Positions 52,568 to 61,302 of a stretch of DNA of 64,000 nt are shown here, in pieces; positions within the stretch are counted from its first letter, which is position 1; the number at the start of each line of letters is the position of its first letter. The position numbers were made by a program, and so were the translations under genes. Source of the stretch: an uncultured Solibacteraceae bacterium (GTDB lineage: Bacteria > Acidobacteriota > Vicinamibacteria > Vicinamibacterales > SCN-69-37). Location: NCBI GenBank assembly GCA_964489685.1, contig CAZAZR010000003.1:2536-66535 (forward strand), written 5' to 3'. The notes under the pieces were generated by a model, which was not told where the DNA came from, made no database searches, and worked only from the letters and a program-made list of their open reading frames with translations.

Positions 52568-53865
52568 GCTGGGCGGCCGGCGGCGCGGACTGAGCGAACG
52601 CACGAATCGTACACGGCAAGAGTCACACCGGCCATCTCGTCGGCGTCAAACGTCAGGGCATGCACGTGCGCGGCGGCGGCCAGACGTCTCGCCAGCGCGG
52701 GGTCGTGACGCAGTTGCAGAATGGCGCCAGCCAGCCCCTCGGCGTCGCCGGGAGGCACCAGGATCCCGGTGACACCGTGCTCCACCGCTTCTGGAATGGC
52801 GTTGACCGGCGTCGAGACCACAGGCACGCCGAGCGCCATGGCTTCCACCAGCGCCAACGGCAGTCCTTCCTCAAGGCTTGGCAACACGAACACGTCGGCC
52901 GCCGCAACCGCCTTCAGGTACGAACGTCGCCCATCGGGCAAGTCCGCCTGTGGCACATATCGCACCACTCCGTTCAGCGCACGCAGTTCCGAGGCGGCGC
53001 GTCCTGTCACCGCTGCCGGTCCCAGCCAGAGGAAGTCCACGTCGGTCGCTTCCGTTCGTACCCGCCGAGCGGCCTCGAGCCAGATCCAGCATCCCTTGCG
53101 CTCGATGAACTGCGCGCCGGTCACGACGAGAAACCGGCCGGGGGCGATCCCCAATTGACGCCGTGTCTCATCGCGTGACGTTCCCGTACTGGCGGCGACG
53201 ACTTCCTGACGTTCCACCGGTGAGTACGCCAGCGGTACCCTCGCAATGTCGTCCACCCGCAGGAACGGCCGGAGGCTTTCTCTCACATGTTTGTTCGCCG
53301 CGATGAGTCGAAAGCCCGGACGTCGCGTCAATGAGCGCATCCGACGCCGCCATACATGCGCTCGCAGGCCACCGATGTGTGGCAGGGACGTGTGGAGCGT
53401 CACCACAACTCCGTGGCGACCCGCCAGCGTCCACAAGACGCCCGTGAACAGCGTCAGCGAGACATCACAATGAAACACCGTGCCAGGGCCGGTCACCCGC
53501 CGGCAGGATCGCCACAACGCCACCTGCGCGTGCCAGGCCCGCACGTGCGCGGTCACACGATGCACCAGCGTGGTGGCCGGCGTCACGTCGAGGCGGCCGC
53601 GCATCCTCTCGACGGTGACGCCCAGTGCCTGGAGCTCCGCGACCAGATCGTCGGCTGATCCGGCGGGCACGATCGCGGTCACGCGCGCGCGCAGCACCAC
53701 GCGGCGCATGAGGGAAATGAAGTACCGCTGGGCGCCGCCCCATTCGAGGTAGGGCCACACGTACACGACGTGCGCCGCGACGGTCTCGTGTGTCTCGTGC
53801 GCCCGTGCATCGTTGACACCCTGCATTGTGGGTGACCATAATACCTTCTCACCAAGTGCACTCAA
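52564..53865 (-). CDS. Glycosyltransferase family 4
   Basis: 433 aa (alternative ATG at 53826). Motifs VYVWPYLEWGGAQRY and VLPSLEEGLPLALVEAMALGVPVVSTPVNAIPE. Confidence 0.85.
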   Translation of the reverse strand: MSALGEKVLWSPTMQGVNDARAHETHETVAAHVVYVWPYLEWGGAQRYFISLMRRVVLRARVTAIVPAGSADDLVAELQALGVTVERMRGRLDVTPATTLVHRVTAHVRAWHAQVALWRSCRRVTGPGTVFHCDVSLTLFTGVLWTLAGRHGVVVTLHTSLPHIGGLRAHVWRRRMRSLTRRPGFRLIAANKHVRESLRPFLRVDDIARVPLAYSPVERQEVVAASTGTSRDETRRQLGIAPGRFLVVTGAQFIERKGCWIWLEAARRVRTEATDVDFLWLGPAAVTGRAASELRALNGVVRYVPQADLPDGRRSYLKAVAAADVFVLPSLEEGLPLALVEAMALGVPVVSTPVNAIPEAVEHGVTGILVPPGDAEGLAGAILQLRHDPALARRLAAAAHVHALTFDADEMAGVTLAVYDSCVRSVRAAGRPA

Positions 53866-53899
53866 TGAGCACCCGACGCAGTATTGATCTGGTGCTCAC

Positions 53900-54784
53900 A
53901 TGACGGGCCCGCTGCTCGTCCTTGGCGGCAACGGCATGCTTGGCCACAAGGTCGCACAAGTCGCGGCGCCGCATCTGGAGGTGTACGCCACCGTTCGTCA
54001 CCAACAGCCTGGCTTGCCGGCCGTGCTCGGCCTCGAAGCGGACCACGTCCTGCTCCACGCCGACGTGATCGCCGGACTCGACACCCTGCTCGACCAGGTG
54101 CGCCCGGGCGTCATCGTCAACTGCACCGGCGTGCTCCCATCGGCCGGCGGAACGCTGGATCCCCAGGGCGCGATTGGCGTCAATGCGCTGGCGCCACACC
54201 GCATTGCGGCTGCGGCACGGGCACGCGGCATGCGACTGATCCATGTCAGCACGGACGCGGTCTTCGACGGGAAGCGTGGCGACTACACCGAAGACGATGT
54301 CCCCGACGCGACAGACCTGTACGGCCGCTCGAAAGCGTTGGGGGAGGTGGACGATGAGAGCAGCCTGACGATACGGACGTCGCTGGTCGGACGGCAACTC
54401 CGGGGTTCGCGAGGACTGCTCGAGTGGTTCCTGTCACATCGCAGGCAGACCGTGCAGGGCTATCGCGCGATGCGGTTTTCCGGCCTCTCCACACTGGCGC
54501 TCGGTCGAACCATCGTGAACCTGATCACTCACCACCCGGCGCTGGCGGGTCGATTCCACGTGGGTGGCGACGCCATCAGCAAGTATGATCTGCTGCAGCT
54601 GATGAACGAGACGTTCAACGCAGGCGTCACCATTGTCCCCACCGATGGCCCCGGGATCGATCGCTCGCTGGACTCCAGGCGGTTTGCCGCCGTCGTTGGC
54701 TCGGCCCCCTCGTGGCAGCGCATGCTCGAAGACCTCGCCCAGGATCAGACGCCATACGACGAATGGAGGCAGCGTGCCCCATGA
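53900..54784 (+). CDS. RmlD-like NAD(P)-dependent sugar-nucleotide reductase (dTDP-4-dehydrorhamnose reductase family)
   Basis: 294 aa. Motifs LLVLGGNGMLGHKV, HVSTDAVFDG and YGRSKALGE (YxxxK). Confidence 0.75.
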   Translation: MTGPLLVLGGNGMLGHKVAQVAAPHLEVYATVRHQQPGLPAVLGLEADHVLLHADVIAGLDTLLDQVRPGVIVNCTGVLPSAGGTLDPQGAIGVNALAPHRIAAAARARGMRLIHVSTDAVFDGKRGDYTEDDVPDATDLYGRSKALGEVDDESSLTIRTSLVGRQLRGSRGLLEWFLSHRRQTVQGYRAMRFSGLSTLALGRTIVNLITHHPALAGRFHVGGDAISKYDLLQLMNETFNAGVTIVPTDGPGIDRSLDSRRFAAVVGSAPSWQRMLEDLAQDQTPYDEWRQRAP

Positions 54785-56292
54785 CCCCGGCACCCTCGGG
54801 TCCGCGCGATAACTCCGGACTGCTGCACCACGCCGCGCAGGGCGTGGTGGGTTGGGCCGTGCCGCTCACGGTCACCTTCGTCGCCACACCGCTGATTGTC
54901 CATGGGCTCGGCCCGGACGGCTTCGCGGTGTACGCCTGGGCGGCGGCGTTCGCGGCGGGGATCGCGACGGCTGGCCCGGCACGCGGCGTGCTCCACCTGG
55001 TGTCCCGAAGCGGTGTGGCACGGCTGCGCCACGAGGCGGTCTCGGCTGGTCTCTGGACGTCCGTCGGGCTGGGCTCGCTGGCGGCGGGTGTGCTCTGGGT
55101 CCTGGCCTCTTCGGCCGCTTCGATGGCGCAATTGCCGGCGGTGCTGGCGATGCCGGCACTCCGAATCGCCGCCGTTGGCGCCGTGTCGGCAGCCGTCACC
55201 GCCGTGTGCGTCGGGGCGCTGCAAGGGTTGAAACGCTTCGGCACCGCCACAATGCTGACAAGCATCGCGGCAGTCGTGACCGCGGCCGGCGCCGCCTGGA
55301 TCGCAACCAGCGCATGGGGCGTGGTCGCTCTGGTGTCCTGGCAGGCCGGCGTCTCATTGGTGCTCAGTGTGGCGAGTGTCCTTGTCATTCGACGTGCCGT
55401 TGGACCAGTGTTCACCCCACCGACCACCACCGCCGCGGCGAGCGTCACCCGATTCGGCCTGGTCACGATCGGCACGCAGTTGGTCTTCGCTGCATGGGTG
55501 ATCGTCGAGCGAACGTTGGTGGGCCGATATCTGGGCGCGGAGATGCTGACCGCGCTCGTCGTGGGCCTGCTTCTGTGGATGCATGCCAACGCGGCCCTAG
55601 TCAGCGCGGTGCAGGTGATGGCATCGCTGGCCCCTGACGGCTCCCGCGGTGTTGATGACCGCCTTGCGCGCGCCTATCCCAGCGCGACGATCATGACCGC
55701 GGTCGTCGCCGTCGCTTCGGCAGCCCTCATTGCCGGTCTCGGTGTTCCAGCGTTGACACTGTGGATCGGCCCAGGGATCGCGACCGTGGCCGAACCACTC
55801 TTGCTGCCGTTGGCGCTCGGTGTGGGACTCAACAGCCTCGGGACCACCGCCTGGTTTGCCAATGAGGCGGAAGGACGCCCGGCCCGGAACTTGGTCTGGG
55901 CTGCCACGGGCCTCGTACTCACCACGATCACGTTGTTGTGGCTGGCGCCTGCGGGCCACGCGGCGTCGGCCGGCATTGCGCGCCTGGTGGCCGTGGCGCC
56001 CGGCCCCCTGTTCATCGTCTGGACTGAGTGGTCCTCACGCGGTCGCCTTCGCGCACCATGGTGGAGCATCCTCACGTATATCGTTCCGTGCGGGATCGTG
56101 TTGTTCGTGGGCCTGCGGACCGTCGCGATCGCCGCCACCTCGTCATGGCTGGTGTTCTTCGTTGCGGCGATGCTGGGACTGGCGCTGTATGCGGCTGTAG
56201 TGTGGCACCTTCCGGTGATGACTGAACGCAACCGGCAGGCCTTGCGCTCGTGGCTTCGCCAATTGGCGCGGCCAAGGCCACGCCCTAGGTGA
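54781..56292 (+). CDS. Oligosaccharide/polysaccharide flippase (MOP superfamily, Wzx-like)
   Basis: Trimmed to ATG 54781 (ATGA overlap with the upstream stop), 503 aa, about 12-14 hydrophobic spans. The N-terminal GVVGWAVPLTVTFVATPLIVHGLGPDGFAVYAW resembles the polysaccharide-biosynthesis-protein family. Confidence 0.65.
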   Translation: MTPAPSGPRDNSGLLHHAAQGVVGWAVPLTVTFVATPLIVHGLGPDGFAVYAWAAAFAAGIATAGPARGVLHLVSRSGVARLRHEAVSAGLWTSVGLGSLAAGVLWVLASSAASMAQLPAVLAMPALRIAAVGAVSAAVTAVCVGALQGLKRFGTATMLTSIAAVVTAAGAAWIATSAWGVVALVSWQAGVSLVLSVASVLVIRRAVGPVFTPPTTTAAASVTRFGLVTIGTQLVFAAWVIVERTLVGRYLGAEMLTALVVGLLLWMHANAALVSAVQVMASLAPDGSRGVDDRLARAYPSATIMTAVVAVASAALIAGLGVPALTLWIGPGIATVAEPLLLPLALGVGLNSLGTTAWFANEAEGRPARNLVWAATGLVLTTITLLWLAPAGHAASAGIARLVAVAPGPLFIVWTEWSSRGRLRAPWWSILTYIVPCGIVLFVGLRTVAIAATSSWLVFFVAAMLGLALYAAVVWHLPVMTERNRQALRSWLRQLARPRPRPR

Positions 56293-57547
56293 GGCGGCGG
56301 ACGACGCTGTCGAGCGCGGATTCGTACTGGGGCACCACGCAGGCCTTTGAAAAGGTGTCGTCAAATCGCGCCCGGCCGCGGGCACCCATGACGGCGCGGG
56401 ATTCCTCATCGAGTTGGGCGAGCGCGTCGAGCGTGGCCGCCAGTTTCGCAGGGTCGCCCGGTGCGACCACCACTCCAGTCCCGGTGGTCTGTACGAGATC
56501 GGCGGCCGCTCCTCGGACAGCCATCACGATGGGGCGGCCGGCGGCCAGGTACGCCACCGTCTTGGTCGGCACCACGGCCTCGAAGACCGGGGAATCCGCC
56601 AGATGCACCAGTAGTGCGTCCGCGGCGGCCATCAGCGCCGGCATCTCCTGATGCTGACGCCAGCCAAGAAACACTGTGCGGTCCGCCACGCCGATATCAC
56701 GCGCCACACTCTCCAGTTCCTTTCGAGCCGTCCCTTCACCGGCGAACACCAGCACGATTCGAGGGTCCGTGAGGAGCGCGGCCGCCTTCACGACCGTGGT
56801 CAGGTCCTGGGCAATTCCGAGGTTGCCGGCAAAGAGCACCACAAACCGGTTGCGCCAGCCGTGTGACTCGCGCGTAGCCGCGCGCTCGGCACTCGTGCCC
56901 TGACGGGCCAGGTCGCCATCCACCCAGTGGTGTGTCACGCACAAACGGTCAGGCAATGCCCCCTTTTCGATGAGCACGGCACGTGCGCGCTCGTTGGGCA
57001 CGAGGATCCTTGAGGCGCGGCGGTAAATGAATCGTTCCAGGGCTTCAAGCGCGCGGATCGCGCGCCGATTCTGGATCAGTCCAGCGGCCACGATGACATC
57101 GGGCCAAATGTCCTGGACGTCGTAGACGAACGGCACCCGCATCAGCCGCGCCAGCAGCCACCCCGCGGCGCCGATCGACAGCGGCGGATGCCAGACGTAG
57201 ATGACCTGAGGCCGCTTCAGCAGCGGCCGGGCCAGCACCGCAGCCAGCGCGAACGCGCCAAAGTTTGCGCAGCGGCGCAGCACCGACCGTCCGTGATACG
57301 CATAGCCCGCCATCCGAAGGACCGGTACCGCTCCCAACGTGTCGCGCTGCCACGGCCGGAGCGCGTAGCCGGGATATCGCGCACCGTGCGGATACTGGGG
57401 CAGGCCCGTCAGCACGGTCACGTCATGGCCGCGCTCGCACAATGCCTGTGCGAGATCGCCGGGTTTGGTGATGGGCTCTGGCGTGAAGTATTGCGCGAGC
57501 ACAAGGACGCGCAGAGTTGGAACCGAAGAGGGGGGCCTTGGCGGCAT
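56285..57547 (-). CDS. Glycosyltransferase family 4 (WcaI-like)
   Basis: 420 aa. Motifs LRVLVLAQYFTPEPITKPGDLAQALCERGHDVTVLTG and a C-domain FAGEGTARKELE...VPTKTVAYLAAGRPIV. Its 3' end overlaps the flippase stop by 8 nt (convergent). Confidence 0.85.
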   Translation of the reverse strand: MPPRPPSSVPTLRVLVLAQYFTPEPITKPGDLAQALCERGHDVTVLTGLPQYPHGARYPGYALRPWQRDTLGAVPVLRMAGYAYHGRSVLRRCANFGAFALAAVLARPLLKRPQVIYVWHPPLSIGAAGWLLARLMRVPFVYDVQDIWPDVIVAAGLIQNRRAIRALEALERFIYRRASRILVPNERARAVLIEKGALPDRLCVTHHWVDGDLARQGTSAERAATRESHGWRNRFVVLFAGNLGIAQDLTTVVKAAALLTDPRIVLVFAGEGTARKELESVARDIGVADRTVFLGWRQHQEMPALMAAADALLVHLADSPVFEAVVPTKTVAYLAAGRPIVMAVRGAAADLVQTTGTGVVVAPGDPAKLAATLDALAQLDEESRAVMGARGRARFDDTFSKACVVPQYESALDSVVRRLT

Positions 57548-57578
57548 CGTGGTGATTGGAATACCGCTGACGTCCAGA

Positions 57579-57599
57579 GCGGCGCAGCGAGGGCGCCGC
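57579..57599 (-). terminator. Candidate GC-rich hairpin between the FG-GAP gene and the WcaI-like GT4 gene
   Basis: gcggcgc (57579-57585) pairs with gcgccgc (57593-57599), a 7-bp perfect stem with a 7-nt loop. No U-tract. Confidence 0.25.
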
Positions 57600-57633
57600 C
57601 CTGGACGACCGAGAAGACGTCAGTCGCGATGGG

Positions 57634-58578
57634 TCATTTCACGCGCCAGTTATTCACCGGATAGTCGTTATTTGTTCCCCATGTAAAGATGGAAACGCCA
57701 CCACTGGAGCGATTGATCCAGAACTGCCCGGTGGTTTCACGCCAGATGGCCAGGTCGGTCTTGCCGTCGCCGTCCCAGTCACCCTGCGTGACGAAGTCTG
57801 TGGCGGAAGCCCCCCAGAGGCGGAAACTGACGATGTTGGTCGTGCTGCCAACCGTCCAGTACTGAAGGGCCGCACCGGAACTCCGGGCCACCGTCAGATC
57901 CTCCGTGACGTCCGCATCCCAATTGCCCGGCACGAGGGAGTCGTTCGACAAGCCGAAGTTGCGCAGGACGGTCGCGCCATTGGACGACTGTCGAATCCAA
58001 ATCTGACTCCCGCGCTGCGCCATTGGGTCGTGCTTTGCGTCGCCGTCGAAGTCAAACGGCGCGGTGAAATCGCCATTTAGTCCCCAGGGCATGAACGTCA
58101 CCGGCCCGCCCGATGTTGTGCGGAAGTAGAGGGTGGATTGAAGGCCAGCGCTCGCGCCCGGCCGATTCACGGCAAAATCATCGCGACCGTCGCCGTTGTA
58201 GTCGCCCGCCACCCGGGAGTCGTCGCCCGTCTGCCCGAAGGGCTCGAAGAGCGGTACGCCGTTCGACGACTGCAACACCCAGAAGCCTGCCACACCGGGA
58301 GCCCCGGGTCGCCACACCGTGATGTCCGATTTCCCGTCGGCGTCGTAGTCGCCGCACAGAACGGTATCGAACTGCACCCCCCAACTCGCGAACTGCAGCC
58401 CCCCAGTTGACCGCAAGATCCACCACTGCAACTGGCCACCCACGTTCCTGGTCACGACGGGGTCGGTCTTGCCATCGCCATCAAAATCGCAGGTGTTCGG
58501 AATCTGCGCATGAGCCAATGCCGGCAGCGCTGCCAGCATGAATACGCACAAGACAGCCTGTGTGAGGTGTTTCGTCAT
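57634..58578 (-). CDS. Secreted FG-GAP/VCBS-type repeat protein (beta-propeller with DxDxDG calcium-type loops)
   Basis: 314 aa. Signal peptide LCVFMLAALPALAHA. Six units of about 48 aa, each with D[FYW]DGDGK[TS]D-like loops: CDFDGDGKTDPVV, GDYDADGKSDITVWR, GDYNGDGRDDFAV, FDFDGDAKHDP, GNWDADVTEDLTV, GDWDGDGKTDLAIWR. Confidence 0.8.
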   Translation of the reverse strand: MTKHLTQAVLCVFMLAALPALAHAQIPNTCDFDGDGKTDPVVTRNVGGQLQWWILRSTGGLQFASWGVQFDTVLCGDYDADGKSDITVWRPGAPGVAGFWVLQSSNGVPLFEPFGQTGDDSRVAGDYNGDGRDDFAVNRPGASAGLQSTLYFRTTSGGPVTFMPWGLNGDFTAPFDFDGDAKHDPMAQRGSQIWIRQSSNGATVLRNFGLSNDSLVPGNWDADVTEDLTVARSSGAALQYWTVGSTTNIVSFRLWGASATDFVTQGDWDGDGKTDLAIWRETTGQFWINRSSGGVSIFTWGTNNDYPVNNWRVK

Positions 58579-58587
58579 CGCGCAGTT

Positions 58588-58593
58588 CTCCTT
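58588..58593 (-). promoter_or_regulatory. Shine-Dalgarno AAGGAG for the FG-GAP gene
   Basis: Plus-strand ctcctt at 58588-58593 is AAGGAG on the minus strand, 9 nt upstream of ATG 58578. Confidence 0.45.
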
Positions 58594-58604
58594 CGTTTAT
58601 TGCG

Positions 58605-59144
58605 TCACGGTTGAGGGGTGAGTCGGATCTTCTGGTCCAGGCGTCGCCGCATCTCCAGGACTAGCTGTTTCGCGTTGGCGATCTCCCCATCGAGTTGGGA
58701 GATCTGGTTGTCGAGCTGAAGTCTCGCGTTGGTCTTCTGCTCCAGTTGTTCGGCCGTCCTCGCCTTTTCCTGCTCCATCATCGCCTGCGCTTTGCCGGTG
58801 GGGTCCGCAGAAGCCATCTGCGTGTAGGTGTCGACCGAACCACGCATCTGGGCCATGTCCTTGTCGATGGCCGTACGGCCCTGCTCAAGTCCATCCAGCC
58901 GCTGCTGCATCTGCGTGATCCGTCGCTCGTCCATGTCGATCAGTTGCGACAGCACCAGAGAGGCGTCGCGGTCGGCCGCCTGCTGCGCGTACAGCTTCAT
59001 GACCTCGACGAGTTGATCGACCGACTTGCGCAACGCCGCCAGCTCGGACACCACAGCCGCTTCAGCGGTCTGGACCGACGCAGGAGGATTCTGGGCGAAG
59101 GTGAGACTCGCCGCGAGCAAGGCCGACAACGTCAGGGCAATCAT
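58605..59144 (-). CDS. Secreted Gln/Ala-rich coiled-coil protein, function unknown
   Basis: 179 aa. Signal peptide MIALTLSALLAASLTFAQ. The remainder has heptad-like, charged and Q-rich sequence (ITQMQQRLDGLEQGRTAIDKDMAQMR, EQEKARTAEQLEQKTNARLQLDNQISQLDGEIANAKQLVLEMRRRLD). Confidence 0.65.
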   Translation of the reverse strand: MIALTLSALLAASLTFAQNPPASVQTAEAAVVSELAALRKSVDQLVEVMKLYAQQAADRDASLVLSQLIDMDERRITQMQQRLDGLEQGRTAIDKDMAQMRGSVDTYTQMASADPTGKAQAMMEQEKARTAEQLEQKTNARLQLDNQISQLDGEIANAKQLVLEMRRRLDQKIRLTPQP

Positions 59145-59181
59145 GGGCTGCCCTGATTATCTGGCCGCCCGCCGAATCGTG

Positions 59182-59914
59182 TCAATCTCGCCTTCTGATC
59201 AGGAACGTCTTGATGAGGGTCCCATCGTCCGCCTCGGTTTCAGTCAAGAGTTCGACGTTCTTCACAGTGAACGGCGGCTTGTCGAGCACCACCGCCGAGT
59301 CAAAATGGAGGCGCATCTCCGGACCGTGCGGAATATCCAGGTTCGGCACGAGCACCGCCCCCGGGTTCGGGTAGTGTTCCGTCACAATCAGAAACTTGTA
59401 TTGCGTGCATTTGTGCAGGATGCGCGCAATTTCGGCGTTCGACAGATGCTGGAGCACCTGCCTGACCAGACAGAGATCGCTGGCGGGCAATTCATCCTCA
59501 ATGATGTTCACACAGACGAATTCAACCGTGTCGCGTCCGTGCGTGCGATTCAAATGCCCGACCAGCTCCAGAACGACATCACACCCCCGTGTAGTGGACG
59601 GCCTGATTGACGAACATCGATGCAACCTGAAAGTCACCACAGCCAAGGTCAACGACCCTCCTGACATGATGCTCGGCGATGAATTTTCTGACGGCCGCGG
59701 CATAGTTTTCAGCAGGAAGCCCACGCGAGCCCCGGCCTGAAAAATACTCACCGCGCGTGCCGCCCCAGACATTGTTCGCGTAAATTTCGCTGAACGTCTG
59801 CTCAGCGGTCTTGCCGGCAAATGTGCTCTGCCGTCTGCCGCCCACGCGCTGACGCCTCGTCTTCAACAGTGACGCAGGAATCAGTCGTTTCAGCGTCTGT
59901 CTCAAGCGACTCAT
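59182..59914 (-). pseudogene. Class I SAM-dependent methyltransferase interrupted by a frameshift in a C5/G5 run (or a homopolymer sequencing error)
   Basis: The N-terminal part (MSRLRQTLKRL...VVDLGCGDFQVASMFVNQAVHYTGV*) is in the frame of ORF 59579..59995. The C-terminal part (CDVVLELVGHLNRTHG...LCLVRQVLQHL...) is in the frame of ORF 59182..59820. Deleting one C from ccccc at 59584-59588 gives a continuous ...AVHYTGCDVVLELV.... Confidence 0.75.
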
Positions 59915-59934
59915 CAATGCGTCCGTCGCTGTTC

Positions 59935-61302
59935 TCAGAACTCGATCACCGCGTCCTCGACCGGACGGCCGAGCGAGGCCAGCTGGTCTCGCCACATCGA
60001 CGCGTCGCCCACCACCACGACGATCGCGTCGCCGGCCCTGACGTGCCGGCGCGCCGCGGACGATACCGCGTCGGGTGTCACAGCCTCCACGTCCGGCACG
60101 AAACGATCGAACGTATCGGCGGGCAGATCGAACGTGGCGATCCGCGCTGCGGCGTGCGCCAGTTGCTCGGACGTTTCAAACTGGCGGACGAAACCACGCG
60201 TGATCGATGACTTGGCGCGCTCGAGTTCGTCCGTCCCCGCCGGACGACTGCCGCCCACGGCTTCGAACTCCTTGAGAATTTCGGACACCACCAGAGGAGT
60301 GGCATCCCCCTGCACGTTCGTTTCACAGGAGAACGTGCCCGACCGCAGGCGGAAGTCAAACGCGGTGCGCGCGCCGTACGTGAGCCCGCGGGCCTCGCGG
60401 AGGTTCAGGTTGATCCGGCTGGAAAACTGGCCGCCGAGCAGCGCATTGAGGGTCACGAGCGCGTGGTATTCGTCGATGTGACGCGCCGAACCCAGGTGGC
60501 CCACGTTCACTTCCGTCTGTGGCGCGCCCGGCCGGTCCACCACAATCACGCGCGCGGGCCCCGAGGCCGTCGCGACCGGCACCGGCGCGAGCCGCGACGT
60601 CCCGTCGAGCGCCTGCCAGCCGCCCAGTTGTCGTTCGGCCGCCAGAAACGCCTCCTGTGGGCCCACATCGCCCGAGATGATCAGTGTGGCGCCGAGCGGG
60701 CGCATCCCGCCCGCATGGAACGCACGCACCTCGTCGATCGACACGCGCGACAACGCGGCCGATGTGCCCAGTGTGCCGTGTCCATACGGATGCGTGCCAA
60801 ACGCGGCCGACAGGAAGGCGCGATCCGCCACGGCAGAGGCCGAACTTCTGACCTGGCGCAACCGGTTGAGCCGAATCTCACGCACCCGTTCCAGATCGGC
60901 CTCGTGCAGGCGGGGCCGCGTCATCACATCGCCCAGCAGCGCCAACGCGCCGTCCATGAACCGCGGCAGTGTCGTCAGCGTGAACGTGGTGGTATCGGGA
61001 CCAACGTCAATGGAAAGCTCGCTGCCAAGGGTGGCGAACGCTTCAGCAAGGCCGATGGCATCAAGCCGATCGGTACCTTCGTCGAGCAGGTCGGCCATGA
61101 CGCCGGCGAGGCCCGGTGCGGAGGGCGGGTCACACGCGGACCCGACCGGCACCACCAGCGCGATCGTCACCACCGGGATCGTGTCGTGGCGAATACTCCA
61201 GACCCGCGCGCCGTTCGACAGCGTCTCTCTGGCTACAGGGGGGAAGGTCACTCGCGCGGGGGCTCCCGGCGGCGGCATCACAAAGCGGAGGTTGTTCGTC
61301 AC
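59935..61302 (-). CDS. M16-family peptidase, non-catalytic (beta-like) subunit
   Basis: Trimmed to GTG 61302 (GTGA overlap with the upstream stop; ATG 61278 is an alternative). M16 fold pattern, but the zinc motif position reads GLAGVMADLLDEGT and has no HxxEH. Confidence 0.8.
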   Translation of the reverse strand: MTNNLRFVMPPPGAPARVTFPPVARETLSNGARVWSIRHDTIPVVTIALVVPVGSACDPPSAPGLAGVMADLLDEGTDRLDAIGLAEAFATLGSELSIDVGPDTTTFTLTTLPRFMDGALALLGDVMTRPRLHEADLERVREIRLNRLRQVRSSASAVADRAFLSAAFGTHPYGHGTLGTSAALSRVSIDEVRAFHAGGMRPLGATLIISGDVGPQEAFLAAERQLGGWQALDGTSRLAPVPVATASGPARVIVVDRPGAPQTEVNVGHLGSARHIDEYHALVTLNALLGGQFSSRINLNLREARGLTYGARTAFDFRLRSGTFSCETNVQGDATPLVVSEILKEFEAVGGSRPAGTDELERAKSSITRGFVRQFETSEQLAHAAARIATFDLPADTFDRFVPDVEAVTPDAVSSAARRHVRAGDAIVVVVGDASMWRDQLASLGRPVEDAVIEF

